From an uncultured virus (IMG/VR IMGVR_UViG_3300041964_000150) (Duplodnaviria; Heunggongvirae; Uroviricota; Caudoviricetes), in IMG/VR virus record IMGVR_UViG_3300041964_000150: a stretch of DNA of 64,000 nt. One strand, written 5' to 3'. Below the pieces are notes generated by a model. That model had not been told where the DNA came from. It made no database searches and saw only the letters and a list, made by a program, of their open reading frames with translations. The number at the start of each line of letters is the position of its first letter. The first letter of the stretch is position 1. Positions 29,857 to 40,417 of the stretch are shown here, piece after piece. The position numbers were made by a program, and so were the translations under genes.

Positions 29857-30426
29857 CTATTTTGGGGCAGCAGCGCTGGGCTTTTCGATCGCCCACTCCA
29901 GTCCAGTCCAGCGGCAGCGAAACCCGTGCAGATAGTAATCGCGTCTCCTCAGCCGTTGCCTGCTCAGCAGGGGCGCGAGCTGCTTGGCGTCGAGATGCCA
30001 ACCATGCAGGCAGGCACGCTCTAAGATCTGCTGAGCAGACAACGGATCAGCGGGCTGCAACCGATCGATCAGGCGCAGGGCGATCGCCTCGATAAGTCCA
30101 ATGGACGATTGCAATTGTCCACTAGACGACAGAAATTGCATCGGGTCAAGCTGTCCATCCTGCTCAGTAGACGACTGGATTTGTCCGGTCCCTTCGAGAA
30201 TCGCGATCGCTTCTTTCAGTCCCAAGCCAGTGCTTAGCGCTTGGTCTAGAGCATCCATGCGATCGAGATCATCAGCCGTTATTCTGCCGTTCGCTGGCTT
30301 GATTGTCAGCGCTTTCAGTCGGTTATAGACAGACTGACGGGAGTTGAGTCTATAGCGGTCTTGCAGGGCAGCGATCGATAGGTTATCGATGATCGCGATT
30401 GTGCTTTCCAGGGCTTGATCGTTCAT
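29857..30426 (-). CDS. Putative DNA-binding protein
   Basis: LQDRYRLNSRQSVYNRLKAL helix-turn-helix-like N-terminus. Confidence 0.6.
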   Translation of the reverse strand: MNDQALESTIAIIDNLSIAALQDRYRLNSRQSVYNRLKALTIKPANGRITADDLDRMDALDQALSTGLGLKEAIAILEGTGQIQSSTEQDGQLDPMQFLSSSGQLQSSIGLIEAIALRLIDRLQPADPLSAQQILERACLHGWHLDAKQLAPLLSRQRLRRRDYYLHGFRCRWTGLEWAIEKPSAAAPK

Positions 30427-30429
30427 TGC

Positions 30430-30498
30430 TTGTCTAATGGTTGTCTAATGGTTGTCTAGTGGGCATCCACTGAGCATCAGTGTACGCCCACTAGACAA
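30430..30498. repeat. Three tandem 11-bp repeats plus one inverted copy
   Basis: TTGTCTAATGG TTGTCTAATGG TTGTCTAGTGG (30430-30462) and CCACTAGACAA (30488-30498). Confidence 0.85.
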
Positions 30499-30504
30499 GA
30501 TTTG

Positions 30505-31116
30505 CTACTGGAATCGCGATCGATATTGCGGGCAGTAAGTTTCGACTGCGGCAACGGTCAGAACGGCGAGAAAATCGAACGGCAGACCAGAGCTTGCAAG
30601 TGTCTGATCGATCTCATCCATCGTTTGATTACTGCCCAGAGCTGCGCAATAGCTGCGGGCTGTGGTGGGCGCCTGCGGGTCGTTTATATAGTTCAGTGCG
30701 CTGCTGTATCCAGTGGTTGTAGCAACGTCTCGGTAGATGCGCCAAAAGTCTGCGGTGCTGGGTGCAGCAGGCGGCTGAGCCTGATTAACAGCATCCGCTG
30801 CTGCATCCCAATCGAACGCAGTAGAGACGGCTTGCGGCCTGCCAGCGCTGGCAGCACAGTTTGCAGGGCGATCGATCTGGGTGCCACCGGCGCGATAGCC
30901 TTCATAGCGATCGCGGCTGACTAAAAGCTGCTGCCGCTGCTGCTGTGATGTGGCATTAGAACCGATCAGCAGGCGCGTTAAAGATACTGCCTCAAACCAA
31001 TCGCCGCGACATTCAGCCGCAGTGATTTGAGGCTGATACTGAGCTACGGTTTGAGCCGCAGCAGGTGACGCTGAAGCAAGGACTAGAGCAGCGATCGCAA
31101 CACGAAATAACTTCAT
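30505..31116 (-). CDS. Exported protein
   Basis: Signal peptide MKLFRVAIAALVLASASPAAA; four Cys residues. Confidence 0.7.
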   Translation of the reverse strand: MKLFRVAIAALVLASASPAAAQTVAQYQPQITAAECRGDWFEAVSLTRLLIGSNATSQQQRQQLLVSRDRYEGYRAGGTQIDRPANCAASAGRPQAVSTAFDWDAAADAVNQAQPPAAPSTADFWRIYRDVATTTGYSSALNYINDPQAPTTARSYCAALGSNQTMDEIDQTLASSGLPFDFLAVLTVAAVETYCPQYRSRFQ

Positions 31117-31175
31117 GCGAAACATCCAAAACACTGCGATCAGTCTGCCCGTGAGAACTGCCCCTAGAACGTTGA

Positions 31176-31388
31176 TCAGGCACTCTCTGCTTCGTCCGCA
31201 CACTCAACGATGTCATTGGGCGATAGCTTGTATCGCTTAATGATGCGACTGAATACGTTGCCGCTCGGAAACTGATCGGGATTGTTTCTGAGCAGATAAA
31301 TCGTATTCAGGGTGATGCCTGTTTCCTTCGCGAACTGATAAGCCGTGATGTTCAGTTCCTCAATTAATTTGCTGATACGGTTTTTCAT
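31176..31388 (-). CDS. XRE/Cro-C1 helix-turn-helix regulator
   Basis: ITAYQFAKETGITLNTIYLL. Confidence 0.85.
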   Translation of the reverse strand: MKNRISKLIEELNITAYQFAKETGITLNTIYLLRNNPDQFPSGNVFSRIIKRYKLSPNDIVECADEAESA

Positions 31389-31448
31389 ACGCCTAAGCAG
31401 TGCATAACATTTCTATTATATATGCCAAACTGACTTACAACAAATTTG

Positions 31449-31478
31449 TTGACATATGACAAAGGGGTTTGTTATATT
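31449..31478 (+). promoter_or_regulatory. Sigma70-type promoter overlapping palindromic operators
   Basis: TTGACA-N18-TATATT; overlaps CAACAAATTTGTTG and TGACAAA..TTTGTTA. Confidence 0.65.
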
Positions 31479-31586
31479 CTTATCAGGTGGAGGACACACC
31501 ACCCAAACAGCAGAAAGGCGACCGCTCAAGCCCTGGAAAAGCAAAGCGATCGCCCGTCTGGTCAACCCACGATAGGTATCCAACTA

Positions 31587-32063
31587 ATGATTACAGCACA
31601 AACTGCACTGCTTGAGACAGTTTCGCTCGCATCGATCGATCGTTCGTTACCTGCTGACGGCAAGACCTACGCAGCTTGCAAGACTGAGCAGGATCAATGG
31701 TTCTACTTTGTTCGTGATGCAGTAGACGCTTGGGATGTCTCGATTCAATTGCCGTATCGCCGCTTTCTAGGCAAAGTTAAGCTCAGCGATCGCGGCTGGC
31801 AAATCATCAGCATTGCTCGCGAACCCTATGACGGGCAAGTGTTCTATCCTTCCTACCAAGAGGCTGCGTGCTGCCTCTTGCGGCTCTCACTTGATCCGAT
31901 GGTAGACAATCGCACCAGCGGGCGAGCGATGACGATGGCGACCGGAATCGTGTCGATCGGGCTGTTCTGCCTTTCGCTGTTGCCGCTGTCAGCGTTCGCA
32001 ACGACGCCACCCCCGCAGCAGAATACTGATGCTCCATCGCTGTATCGCGGATCGGGTCGCTAA
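31587..32063 (+). CDS. Hypothetical protein with C-terminal hydrophobic segment
   Basis: First ORF after the promoter. Confidence 0.55.
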   Translation: MITAQTALLETVSLASIDRSLPADGKTYAACKTEQDQWFYFVRDAVDAWDVSIQLPYRRFLGKVKLSDRGWQIISIAREPYDGQVFYPSYQEAACCLLRLSLDPMVDNRTSGRAMTMATGIVSIGLFCLSLLPLSAFATTPPPQQNTDAPSLYRGSGR

Positions 32064-32140
32064 CTAAATAGGCATCAGGGCGAGTGCTGCTCGCCCTGAG
32101 CGCATCGAATCAAGTCAAAATCACGGAGCAAAGTAGAGCA

Positions 32141-33274
32141 ATGAGCGAAGCCACAGACAAGCCATCAGTTGATGAATTGATCGCCCAGGCGATCGCCCGT
32201 AAAGAGTCCGCAGAAGCCGAAAAACGGCAGCAGCAACAGCAGGCCGATGAAGCCGAACAAAGGTTAGAGCTGGAAAAATTCACCAAACAAATCGAAGTCG
32301 ATATCAGTCCAGTTGTTTTGCGGGCGATCGGGGTTCGTTACGAAGTAGAGCAAAAAGATCGCGCAGGTGCAGGTCGCTATCAGGGAGTTGCCAAATTCCC
32401 GATTACAGACGAAACCGATCGGGTTTGGGATATCAGACTCACGTATGACTCATACGGTCGGCTACAGATGAGTCAACCAAAGCTCTATGTTCAGCCAAAG
32501 TATCGCAGTGATGAATGGAGATCCGTATCGCGCGAAGATGGGCAAACCGGAGACGACTTTTTACTGCTCAACATCGCCTCTTGGAAGCTGCAAGTTCAGG
32601 AGTTGAAGCAAAAAGCAGAGGCCGAGCAGCAGGAAGCAGAACGCACCATGCAGCGGCGACAGCAGGAAGCAGAACAGCGGCGGCAGCAGCGAGAACGGGA
32701 GAAGCAAGAAGAAGCCCACTACCAAGCGATCGTAGAGCAGCAAAACGCTGAGATACTTGCACAGCTTGAGCCGCATTTCTGGACGTTTGAGTTTAAGCAG
32801 CCAATCGTGATCTATAAGTGCGAATGGAGTCAGGGAGGCTACACCGACTCAGATGGGCAAACCGACTTCAATCGTGTGAGCATTTACACGCTTGCCGATC
32901 ACCTCGATCCGGATGGCTGGATTCATGCGGTCAACACCGATCGCCAAGTCAAGCTAGATATGAGGATTCATCAGCCAGTGTTTAACAGGTTGATATTCAC
33001 AAGCCTCGATTCGTTCCTTCAGAAATTTGGCGGAGATCGGCAAAAAATCAAGGTGTATGGAATTCGCCGCAGTCCCTCGCTCGATCGCCATATCTGGGCA
33101 GCAGAAGAAGAAGCTTATGCAATAGTGGCAGCCAAGGGTCTGATTCCGGCTGATTGGGCAATTCAAGCTTTTAACCTGCCTGTGCCGATTCAGACTGCTC
33201 GCCTCACCCCTCCAGCAGACGCAACATTCCTCGAAGCTGAACCCGAAGCCGAATACGACGATCTTCCGTTCTAA
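32141..33274 (+). CDS. Hypothetical coiled-coil protein with acidic DDLPF tail
   Basis: Q/E-rich helices; ends EYDDLPF like an SSB C-terminal tail. Confidence 0.65.
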   Translation: MSEATDKPSVDELIAQAIARKESAEAEKRQQQQQADEAEQRLELEKFTKQIEVDISPVVLRAIGVRYEVEQKDRAGAGRYQGVAKFPITDETDRVWDIRLTYDSYGRLQMSQPKLYVQPKYRSDEWRSVSREDGQTGDDFLLLNIASWKLQVQELKQKAEAEQQEAERTMQRRQQEAEQRRQQREREKQEEAHYQAIVEQQNAEILAQLEPHFWTFEFKQPIVIYKCEWSQGGYTDSDGQTDFNRVSIYTLADHLDPDGWIHAVNTDRQVKLDMRIHQPVFNRLIFTSLDSFLQKFGGDRQKIKVYGIRRSPSLDRHIWAAEEEAYAIVAAKGLIPADWAIQAFNLPVPIQTARLTPPADATFLEAEPEAEYDDLPF

Positions 33275-33360
33275 ATCCTTCAGCCTTCAGCCCGATCGCG
33301 CTCTGGCACTGGCGATCGGGCTTCCTAAAAACATCCCTCATTGACTGCCCCTAGAACATC

Positions 33361-34245
33361 ATGGAACTCACTGAAATCCTGCCGCAGCTTACCGACTGGT
33401 TTCCCGTTGAAGACCACAAAAAACGTCCGGTTAAAGGCGGCTCGCGCTGGTACTACCTTTCTCATCAGGCAATTCGCGATCGCTTGAACGAAATTTGCCC
33501 CGGTCACTGGTCAACTGAATACGAGGGACCAACCCTAATCGAAGGCGAACCCGTCTACCTATGCCGCTTGACGATCTGTGGTGTCACCCGCACAGGTATC
33601 GGTGACAAAAGCAATGAACCGTCAGTCTATGGCACCGCAGCGCAGCGAGCCTTTCGCAAGGCGTTTGTTGACAGTGCCGAAATGTTTGGCATTGGTGCCT
33701 ACTTGGACGAACAAACTAGCGAAAAAACAAAGCGCAACTTCATTCGCTATATGCAGCAGAACGGCAACGGCAAGGCTGCGGTGCTGGAGCAGCAGCAGCG
33801 GACTGGATCGACTGAGCAGGCGAGCGATCGCCCCAGGAAAGTCGAAAAAGGGCAGCCGTTCGGCCAACGCACAGAACAGAGAAAGTCAGGAAAAGATGAC
33901 AATTCCCACAAGCCAACCACTACCGATAACGCTGCAAAATTCAGCGCGATCGCGCAATACACAGGCTATTCATTTGATGCGATTCGGGCGATCGCCACCC
34001 GATTGAACTTGCCCAACAACAGCGCTTTGCTCGATCAAGCGCAGGCGTTGCAGTTGCGCAACGAGATCTATGCTGACTGGGGTGTACAGCAGCGGAAGTT
34101 TAACGGTCTGGTTCATGCCAGGAACTCATTACAAAAAGTTCTTGCAGATTTTGAGTACCCAGATGCGAATGATTTACTCGTTTGGGAGAAGTGGCGCCTA
34201 AAGGTGCAGGAAAAAGCAGCCGAGGTGGTGAGAATCACCGGATAG
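33361..34245 (+). CDS. Rad52/Rad22-family (Sak-like) single-strand annealing protein
   Basis: YLSHQAIRDRLNEI...W...CRLTICGVTRTGIG...AFRKA...FGIGAYL. Confidence 0.85.
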   Translation: MELTEILPQLTDWFPVEDHKKRPVKGGSRWYYLSHQAIRDRLNEICPGHWSTEYEGPTLIEGEPVYLCRLTICGVTRTGIGDKSNEPSVYGTAAQRAFRKAFVDSAEMFGIGAYLDEQTSEKTKRNFIRYMQQNGNGKAAVLEQQQRTGSTEQASDRPRKVEKGQPFGQRTEQRKSGKDDNSHKPTTTDNAAKFSAIAQYTGYSFDAIRAIATRLNLPNNSALLDQAQALQLRNEIYADWGVQQRKFNGLVHARNSLQKVLADFEYPDANDLLVWEKWRLKVQEKAAEVVRITG

Positions 34246-34355
34246 CACCAAACAATAAAATATTTGGTGAAATGCAGCAAAAACTATTCCTATGAGGTAT
34301 GGAGACGATCAAAATGAGGAGGATAACGTAAATAGGGGTCTAACCCCCTTTCCAG

Positions 34356-34673
34356 GTGCATTCTATGAATTTGTGCTGCGAACATAGAAACTGGGCGATT
34401 CTGCTTTCCAAAACCGATCAGAAATGGTCTTACATCTGCTGTCCTCCAGGTGGAGAACCCCTAATTAGCTGTCAACTCTACCTCGATCAGGAAATCGCAC
34501 TAGCTGAAGCAAAATCGTTTATCGATCGAATGGTGTGCCGCTGCGATCTTGGAAAATGGCTAGATGAATTGCTCGATAACAAGCGAATCACTAGCCAGGA
34601 ATACAACCGCTGCGATCAGCTGATCTCTCAGATGATCAACATCAAAACTTCGGACTATCTAGCGGTCGATTGA
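34356..34673 (+). CDS. Hypothetical protein
   Basis: ORF convergent with the repressor. Confidence 0.5.
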   Translation: MHSMNLCCEHRNWAILLSKTDQKWSYICCPPGGEPLISCQLYLDQEIALAEAKSFIDRMVCRCDLGKWLDELLDNKRITSQEYNRCDQLISQMINIKTSDYLAVD

Positions 34674-35033
34674 TCCGCAACCTACAGACTTTTTCATCTC
34701 TTCCAGCATTCGCGCAGCAACAACTTCGGCCACTTCATAAAACTCCGCTCTTGATAGTGCCCGAATATCTTGCTTAATTTGGTCCATCGCAGCTAGGGGC
34801 TTGACTGGAACATCGTTCAAGTAAGCTTCTAGTTCCGGTGTGGTCTTACCAATTGCCGCCGCTATCTTCGCTCTAGTTTCTGGCGTCGGGTAGCTAGTAC
34901 CGTCCGCATAGGACGTTAGCGATGTGGGGTTTATCCCAATTCTTGCGGCCAGCTTTCGCTGTGACAAATTTTGCTTTAAGCGAAAATCTCTCAGCAGATC
35001 AGCTAATTTCTGCTTCTGTTCTGCACTGCTCAT
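34659..35033 (-). CDS. CI-like XRE repressor
   Basis: LSQRKLAARIGINPTSLTSY..G.SYP. Confidence 0.9.
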   Translation of the reverse strand: MSSAEQKQKLADLLRDFRLKQNLSQRKLAARIGINPTSLTSYADGTSYPTPETRAKIAAAIGKTTPELEAYLNDVPVKPLAAMDQIKQDIRALSRAEFYEVAEVVAARMLEEMKKSVGCGSIDR

Positions 35034-35173
35034 TCTGGAATTCTCCCTACGCTATATCCGCGCATCTAAGCATAAATGTTGGTCGGGTGTAATCAGAGAG
35101 ATGGCCGTACAGGGATGGTTGACAAAACTCTGTCAGCCGATCATCAATGTTATTGAGGTCAAATGACATCACC

Positions 35174-35371
35174 ATGAAACGCTCAACACCACCGAATCAC
35201 GACCGCAAGCAAGTTTATGTCAGGTCAAAAACGGCAGATGAGTTCACGGCAATCTGCCGCGAGCTGGGTTTGGTCTGCAAGCCAACTGCGACACACATCC
35301 TGGACAAGTGGATCAAACAACAGAAACGGAAATTATCTAATTCAGCCGACTGCGAGGCGATCGCCTCGTAG
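35174..35371 (+). CDS. Small DNA-binding protein in the Cro position
   Basis: Divergent from the repressor, downstream of TTGACA (35119) and the palindrome TGACAAAACTCTGTCA. Confidence 0.55.
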   Translation: MKRSTPPNHDRKQVYVRSKTADEFTAICRELGLVCKPTATHILDKWIKQQKRKLSNSADCEAIAS

Positions 35372-35717
35372 CCAAACGCAAAAAACTCGCGCCCAACTTA
35401 CCACAGTAAACGCGAGTCTTTTGCTGCTCATCCCTTGCTCATTCACAAAGGACTTTTCTTGCAATGCAATCTTTTGTAACACACCCACCTACCCCTAGAG
35501 TAGCGGGAAACCCCGCAAACCTGGGATGCAGGCAATTCAAAATATACCTAACCGCGCACAATGGCGCAAGCTGTGATGTAACGGTGCTGGCGGAAGCGCT
35601 CTACTGCTCACTGTGCGTAGGTTTGCTCGATCTCAATACGCCGATCGCGTTGCCCGCTGGTAACTGGAATGAGGCGATCGCAGAACTGGCAAGCGCTGGT
35701 TTGGTGGAGGTGCGCCC

Positions 35718-36575
35718 GTGACTGCGATGCTCACCCCAACGATCAAAACCTACGCCGATCTGAGGCTTAACGACGAATTTGACTGTTTTCATGATGATCG
35801 CTGGAAGCGGGTCAGAGTTGCATCAATTCCCCGTATCGAAGGGGGCTGCGTTGAGTTCACAATCTGCCCAGTCACCAAAAGAGGAGCGCTCGCCCCAGAG
35901 CGCAGGCAGTTTGCGATCGGCTTCACGGTTGAGGTCTATGGCGATCGATCGGACTGCCCGATCGACACTAACCGCGAATACGAGAATCTAATCCTCAGAC
36001 TGCTAAAGCCTGGGATGTCCGCGCTTTCCGCTCGCGACATTTGCGACCTTGCCACCCGCAAAGAGAGAGTCAAGCTCTTTCAAGAAAGGGTTGCAGATGT
36101 CTGCGCCACACTCGCGAGGACTGGGGCATTAATCCGCCGAAACAATCGCTATCGCCGCCCGATTCGCAATCAGGTCGGGCTGTTTGTGGTGGAGCATCTA
36201 AACACCCGTAGCGAGCGCTATGGGTGGATCTCTGCCCGGAAATACCACAAACAGACGAAGCAGTTAGAGGCTGTAATCCGCTGGGTGGATGGCTCGGAAT
36301 CGTTTAGTAACGAAGTGTTTTTAGATCCGCTCGAAACAGCCTGGAAGCGGCAATGGTTGATGATTGCTCAGCGCATCCAGCAGGGCGATCGCCCTGCTGA
36401 TCTAAACCTCTCACTTCCTCTGATTCACGGGCTATTGAGGTTTGAGCAGTCAGCACTGCAAGAAATTGCAAATCTGGCCGGATTTAACACCAAAATTCGG
36501 GGCATGGAATTGCGCAATCAACTGGTGGAGTGGTTGGGCGACTATCGGCCAGCCTGGAAGGAGCAGCAGCAATGA
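35718..36575 (+). CDS. Hypothetical protein
   Basis: Coupled ORF in the early operon. Confidence 0.6.
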   Translation: MTAMLTPTIKTYADLRLNDEFDCFHDDRWKRVRVASIPRIEGGCVEFTICPVTKRGALAPERRQFAIGFTVEVYGDRSDCPIDTNREYENLILRLLKPGMSALSARDICDLATRKERVKLFQERVADVCATLARTGALIRRNNRYRRPIRNQVGLFVVEHLNTRSERYGWISARKYHKQTKQLEAVIRWVDGSESFSNEVFLDPLETAWKRQWLMIAQRIQQGDRPADLNLSLPLIHGLLRFEQSALQEIANLAGFNTKIRGMELRNQLVEWLGDYRPAWKEQQQ

Positions 36576-37135
36576 AGCAGCAGCTTAGCTTTTTCGATCC
36601 GGCTACACCTGTCGATGCTCCACCCGTTCGGGTTCTGTCACTGCATCAACCCTTCGCGCTGTTTGCGCGACTGGGCATTAAAAAGCTCGAAACTCGCCAC
36701 TATCACACAAAGGTGAGAGGTACGATCGCGATTCAAGCTGCCGATCGCCGCCCCAAAGCAGCAGAACTGGCAACCCTGCAACGAGCGTTTGAAGAGATCG
36801 AGGAAGCAGAGTTGTTCAGAACCGTGCTGGACCTGCTGAAAGACGATCGCTACTACAAGTCGATTCAGGCTGTTTGTCAGCTCACCGAATCCCTTTACAT
36901 GATCGATACGCGAATTCAAGATCCGCGATCGATGCCGGATAAACCTTGCATATATCTAGAGGCACAATCGCCCCTAGAACGTGCCTGCGGCAACTGGGCG
37001 CAGGGGCGATATGCCTGGAAGCTCGAAGACACGATCGCCACACCTGAGCCGATCGCGTTGTCCGCTGGGCAAGGGTTTCGATTCCTGAAAGATGAGGCAA
37101 TCCTTGCCCAGCTCGCGGAGTTGAAAGCCTCATGA
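36572..37135 (+). CDS. ASCH domain protein
   Basis: LSLHQPFA...GIKKLETR...RGTIAIQA...GRYAWKL. Confidence 0.85.
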   Translation: MKQQLSFFDPATPVDAPPVRVLSLHQPFALFARLGIKKLETRHYHTKVRGTIAIQAADRRPKAAELATLQRAFEEIEEAELFRTVLDLLKDDRYYKSIQAVCQLTESLYMIDTRIQDPRSMPDKPCIYLEAQSPLERACGNWAQGRYAWKLEDTIATPEPIALSAGQGFRFLKDEAILAQLAELKAS

Positions 37136-37331
37136 AAAAAACGATCAGCGGATGCGAGATCAGGACAGTAGCCGATCTGCCGGGAATTCCGCGCGGCAGC
37201 CTGTGCCTGGTCGAACAGGTAACGCGATTCGGCAACAGTCAAAGCCTGTATCTGATCTGTTGCTGCAACACACAGCAGACGGCTTGGGTATCTGAGACGG
37301 CCTTTGATCTGGTTGAGGAGATGGCGATCGA

Positions 37332-37646
37332 ATGAACATCGAGCCAACCTTGAACGCTCACGGGTTCTTTTCCTCACTCTGGTCTGAGGCTGCCGACAGC
37401 GACGACGCGAACGTTTATCGCGGCTGGACCATTCGCCTGCTAGCTCCCAATGGCGGCTATCTGGGCATCGAAATCAGCAAAGACGGCAGCGATGAGATTT
37501 ACTCTCGCGACTGCCAGCTAGATCCAGAACACGACTACCACGACGACGATCGCCTGCTGGATATCGCCAGAGATGCGATCGACGCCGCAGAACTTGCCTG
37601 CATCGCAATAGACGGGCAACTAAACCTATTCGAGGAAGCATCATGA
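37332..37646 (+). CDS. Hypothetical acidic protein
   Basis: Coupled ORF ending QLNLF. Confidence 0.6.
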   Translation: MNIEPTLNAHGFFSSLWSEAADSDDANVYRGWTIRLLAPNGGYLGIEISKDGSDEIYSRDCQLDPEHDYHDDDRLLDIARDAIDAAELACIAIDGQLNLFEEAS

Positions 37647-37975
37647 GCGAATTAAATTTTTTATCTTGCTGGGCAAAGCATCGTCGTGAAGCCTATGCAG
37701 ATTGGATAGCGCGATCGCAGGGAATGAACCAGCGAGCAGCGCAGGCTGAGCTGCTGCTGACACTGCTTGGAGAGATCAAAACACAAAATGCACCAATCAC
37801 GCTCAGGCCAGCCGCAAACGGTTGGATCTGCGCTCAGCATTCTCCATTCCAGGGCTGCTCAGTGGACGATCCGACGATCGCGCTGCTCAGTTCCTATACG
37901 CAGTGGTTAGAGCAGGGCAAGCCTGTATCAGGCGACATCCTTGGGATACGAAGCACAAGGGAGGCTCAATCTTAA

Positions 37976-39049
37976 ATGAGCGCACCTCTGACGATTCTCG
38001 ATCGCAGCCATCTGGAACGGCTCGATCAACTCTGTGCCGAGCGTGGCCTAAAACTCTCGCGATCGGCTCGCTTCTGTGCCGCCAAGTTAATCGGCATTTT
38101 CTATCGGCTAACGCAGTGGAAGCAGCAGCGCTACAACCTGCCCCTAGAACGTTGCTGGTTCTGGGTGCCGATCGTCCGGCAAGTCACCCCAACCGAACCA
38201 GAACTAGAAACTGATGTGCCACCCGTGCGATCGCTAAGTGAGGAGTTGCAGGGGGAGCATGGGAAAGATGCGATCCGCCGCGCCCTCGATGTTCTAGGGG
38301 CAGTCGGTCTACTCAAGTGGCAGCGCAACCCACACAGGCGGCAGGACCGGACTTATCACTATCAATTCTGCTGCGATCTCCTCCTCAAACCCGCAGCAGA
38401 TCAAGACTCTGCCACTGAGGAAAAAAAGCCGCCTTTGAAAGGCGACTCGCCGCGCATCAAGCTCGAAGTTTGGCGGATGATCTCAGAGATCTACTCTTAT
38501 CCCTCTCCTTTTAAACAGCACTGCGCTGCTGCTGAGGAAAAAAAGGGAAAGGGCGAACCAACAGCCAGCAGCACAACTCACACCGCTGCCCCAGAAGCAC
38601 GATCGTGTTCTTCTCCGCAGGAACCGAAACACGCAGGCAAGGATCAGTTTTCCGCCGCGCTGCGCGAGCTGAAAATCGAAGCAAATTCGCAGGTTAAAGC
38701 CGCGATCGAACGGTATCGCGATCGCCTCACCGACGCGATCGGCTACCTGCGGCAGGAAGTTGCGAAGGGATGGGTAGAGCGGCCAACTGGACTACTGATC
38801 AAGGCACTGCGCGAAGGTCGCAAGCCGCAGCAGTTGCCGCCTGAACCTGTCCAACTGCCGCCGCGCTTTAGCTTCGACGCAGCAGAGTCCGCCTGCGAAA
38901 TGGCGATGAGTAGGAACGATCGCGACTTCGTTCGATCGAAGCTGCAATCGCTGTGTGGGTCCGGTTTAAGGCCGGAAGCGGAGCGCTTGATCGATGCTCA
39001 TCCCGAATGGTGTTTCTGTCTTGACGGCGAAATCGTGGAGGACTTTTGA
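37976..39049 (+). CDS. Putative phage replication initiator
   Basis: Winged-helix-like N-terminus (IRRALDVL...GLL....NP....DRT.HY), low-complexity linker, P.GLL..ALR C-terminal region. Confidence 0.55.
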   Translation: MSAPLTILDRSHLERLDQLCAERGLKLSRSARFCAAKLIGIFYRLTQWKQQRYNLPLERCWFWVPIVRQVTPTEPELETDVPPVRSLSEELQGEHGKDAIRRALDVLGAVGLLKWQRNPHRRQDRTYHYQFCCDLLLKPAADQDSATEEKKPPLKGDSPRIKLEVWRMISEIYSYPSPFKQHCAAAEEKKGKGEPTASSTTHTAAPEARSCSSPQEPKHAGKDQFSAALRELKIEANSQVKAAIERYRDRLTDAIGYLRQEVAKGWVERPTGLLIKALREGRKPQQLPPEPVQLPPRFSFDAAESACEMAMSRNDRDFVRSKLQSLCGSGLRPEAERLIDAHPEWCFCLDGEIVEDF

Positions 39050-39555
39050 TGCTTTTTCAATCTGTAAAAAATCATCCGATCGGGCAACGGCCAGCGGACG
39101 GCTACATTAACGCAACGGCACTATGCAAAGCCTGCGGCAAGAAGGTGAGTCACTGGCTTTGCTTGGATACAACGACCGCATACATTGATGCGCTAGCAGC
39201 CGATGCCGGAATTCCGGCATCGGAAATCGTACAGATTCGCAAGGGTGGCAACCCCTATGAGCAGGGAACTTGGGTGCATCCCTATGCGGCGATCAATCTC
39301 GCCCAGTGGTGCAGTCCTGAATTTGCTCTGGCTGTGTCTAAGTGGGTTGTGGGGTGGATGAGTGAGGGGCGATCGCCGCAGCCGTCTCAGCCGCCGCGCG
39401 AACTGCGATCGAGTGATGATCTGCCGCCTGATGTGCGCCGACGAAACCAAGCCGAACTTTACTGGTTAGACCAACCGGGAAGCCGGACTTGGGAAGACGT
39501 TCAAACGGTTCGACGGTTGCTAAGTGCAGGGCTGTTCGATGGGGGTGAGCGATGA
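39049..39555 (+). CDS. KilA-N domain protein
   Basis: DGYINATALCKACGK...QGTWVHP..AI.LAQWCSPEF. Confidence 0.95.
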   Translation: MLFQSVKNHPIGQRPADGYINATALCKACGKKVSHWLCLDTTTAYIDALAADAGIPASEIVQIRKGGNPYEQGTWVHPYAAINLAQWCSPEFALAVSKWVVGWMSEGRSPQPSQPPRELRSSDDLPPDVRRRNQAELYWLDQPGSRTWEDVQTVRRLLSAGLFDGGER

Positions 39556-39757
39556 GGCAGCAGCTATCGATCGCATTCGAGCCGGATTTGATCGCTGAGA
39601 CGGCGATCGCTCTGCACCTGTTTGGCTACTGGGATTTGCTCGGCAAGCAGGCCAGAACCAAACTGATCTTGCAGACCAATCGCCTGCTAGAGGTCTACCC
39701 GTGCGGCACCCTGCCGATCGGTCTATGGGTTCAGCTTGCAATTTGGAGGGATGCCAA

Positions 39758-40417
39758 ATGCAACTAGAACTGATTTCGATCGCCCGTCCTCCTAAAGCCG
39801 TCGCGCCCGATGCGTGGCATCTGCCTGACTTCCTCAGCCTCATAGAGCAGCGTGAACTGCTGGAGATGGCGCGAGCCCTTTTTCTGTCCGGCCATATGAG
39901 CCAGCCAGAAACAGGACGGTACAACGCCAACGGCGAACCCGTTAAAATGCGCGTGCGCTTAGGTTGTTGGGGCTGTCGCTGGACGCTGCATCATGGCTAT
40001 CTGCCGCCCGTGCTGCCGCTGCCCGATCGACTCGCAGCGATCGCGGAAAAAGCCGTTTCAGCCAGCGTCAGCCGCTACTCAGGATTTGGACCGGATACCT
40101 GCATCGTGCAGCATTACTTTCCCGGTGATTCGCTGGGGCTGCACGTTGACGACTCCGAAGATCAAGCACTGATCGAGCAGGGCAGCCCGATCGTCTCCCT
40201 GTCGATCGGTGATTCCTGCTACTTCGACTTGCATCCGCTCAGCGGCGGCAAGATTCGCCTGCAACTGCAATCGGGTGATGCCTTTGTGTTTGGAGGTCAG
40301 GCGCGATCGCTGATTCATGGCGTGCCCAAAATCCTGCCGGGGACGGCGCCGATCGAACTGGGGATGCAGCAGGGTTCTGGCCGCTTGAATTTCACGCTCA
40401 GGAGGGCTAAAGCGTGA
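39758..40417 (+). CDS. alkB: AlkB-family 2OG-Fe(II) dioxygenase
   Basis: PDTCIV..Y..GDSLGLHVD..E, PIVSLSIGD, HGV, RLNFTLR. Confidence 0.9.
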   Translation: MQLELISIARPPKAVAPDAWHLPDFLSLIEQRELLEMARALFLSGHMSQPETGRYNANGEPVKMRVRLGCWGCRWTLHHGYLPPVLPLPDRLAAIAEKAVSASVSRYSGFGPDTCIVQHYFPGDSLGLHVDDSEDQALIEQGSPIVSLSIGDSCYFDLHPLSGGKIRLQLQSGDAFVFGGQARSLIHGVPKILPGTAPIELGMQQGSGRLNFTLRRAKA

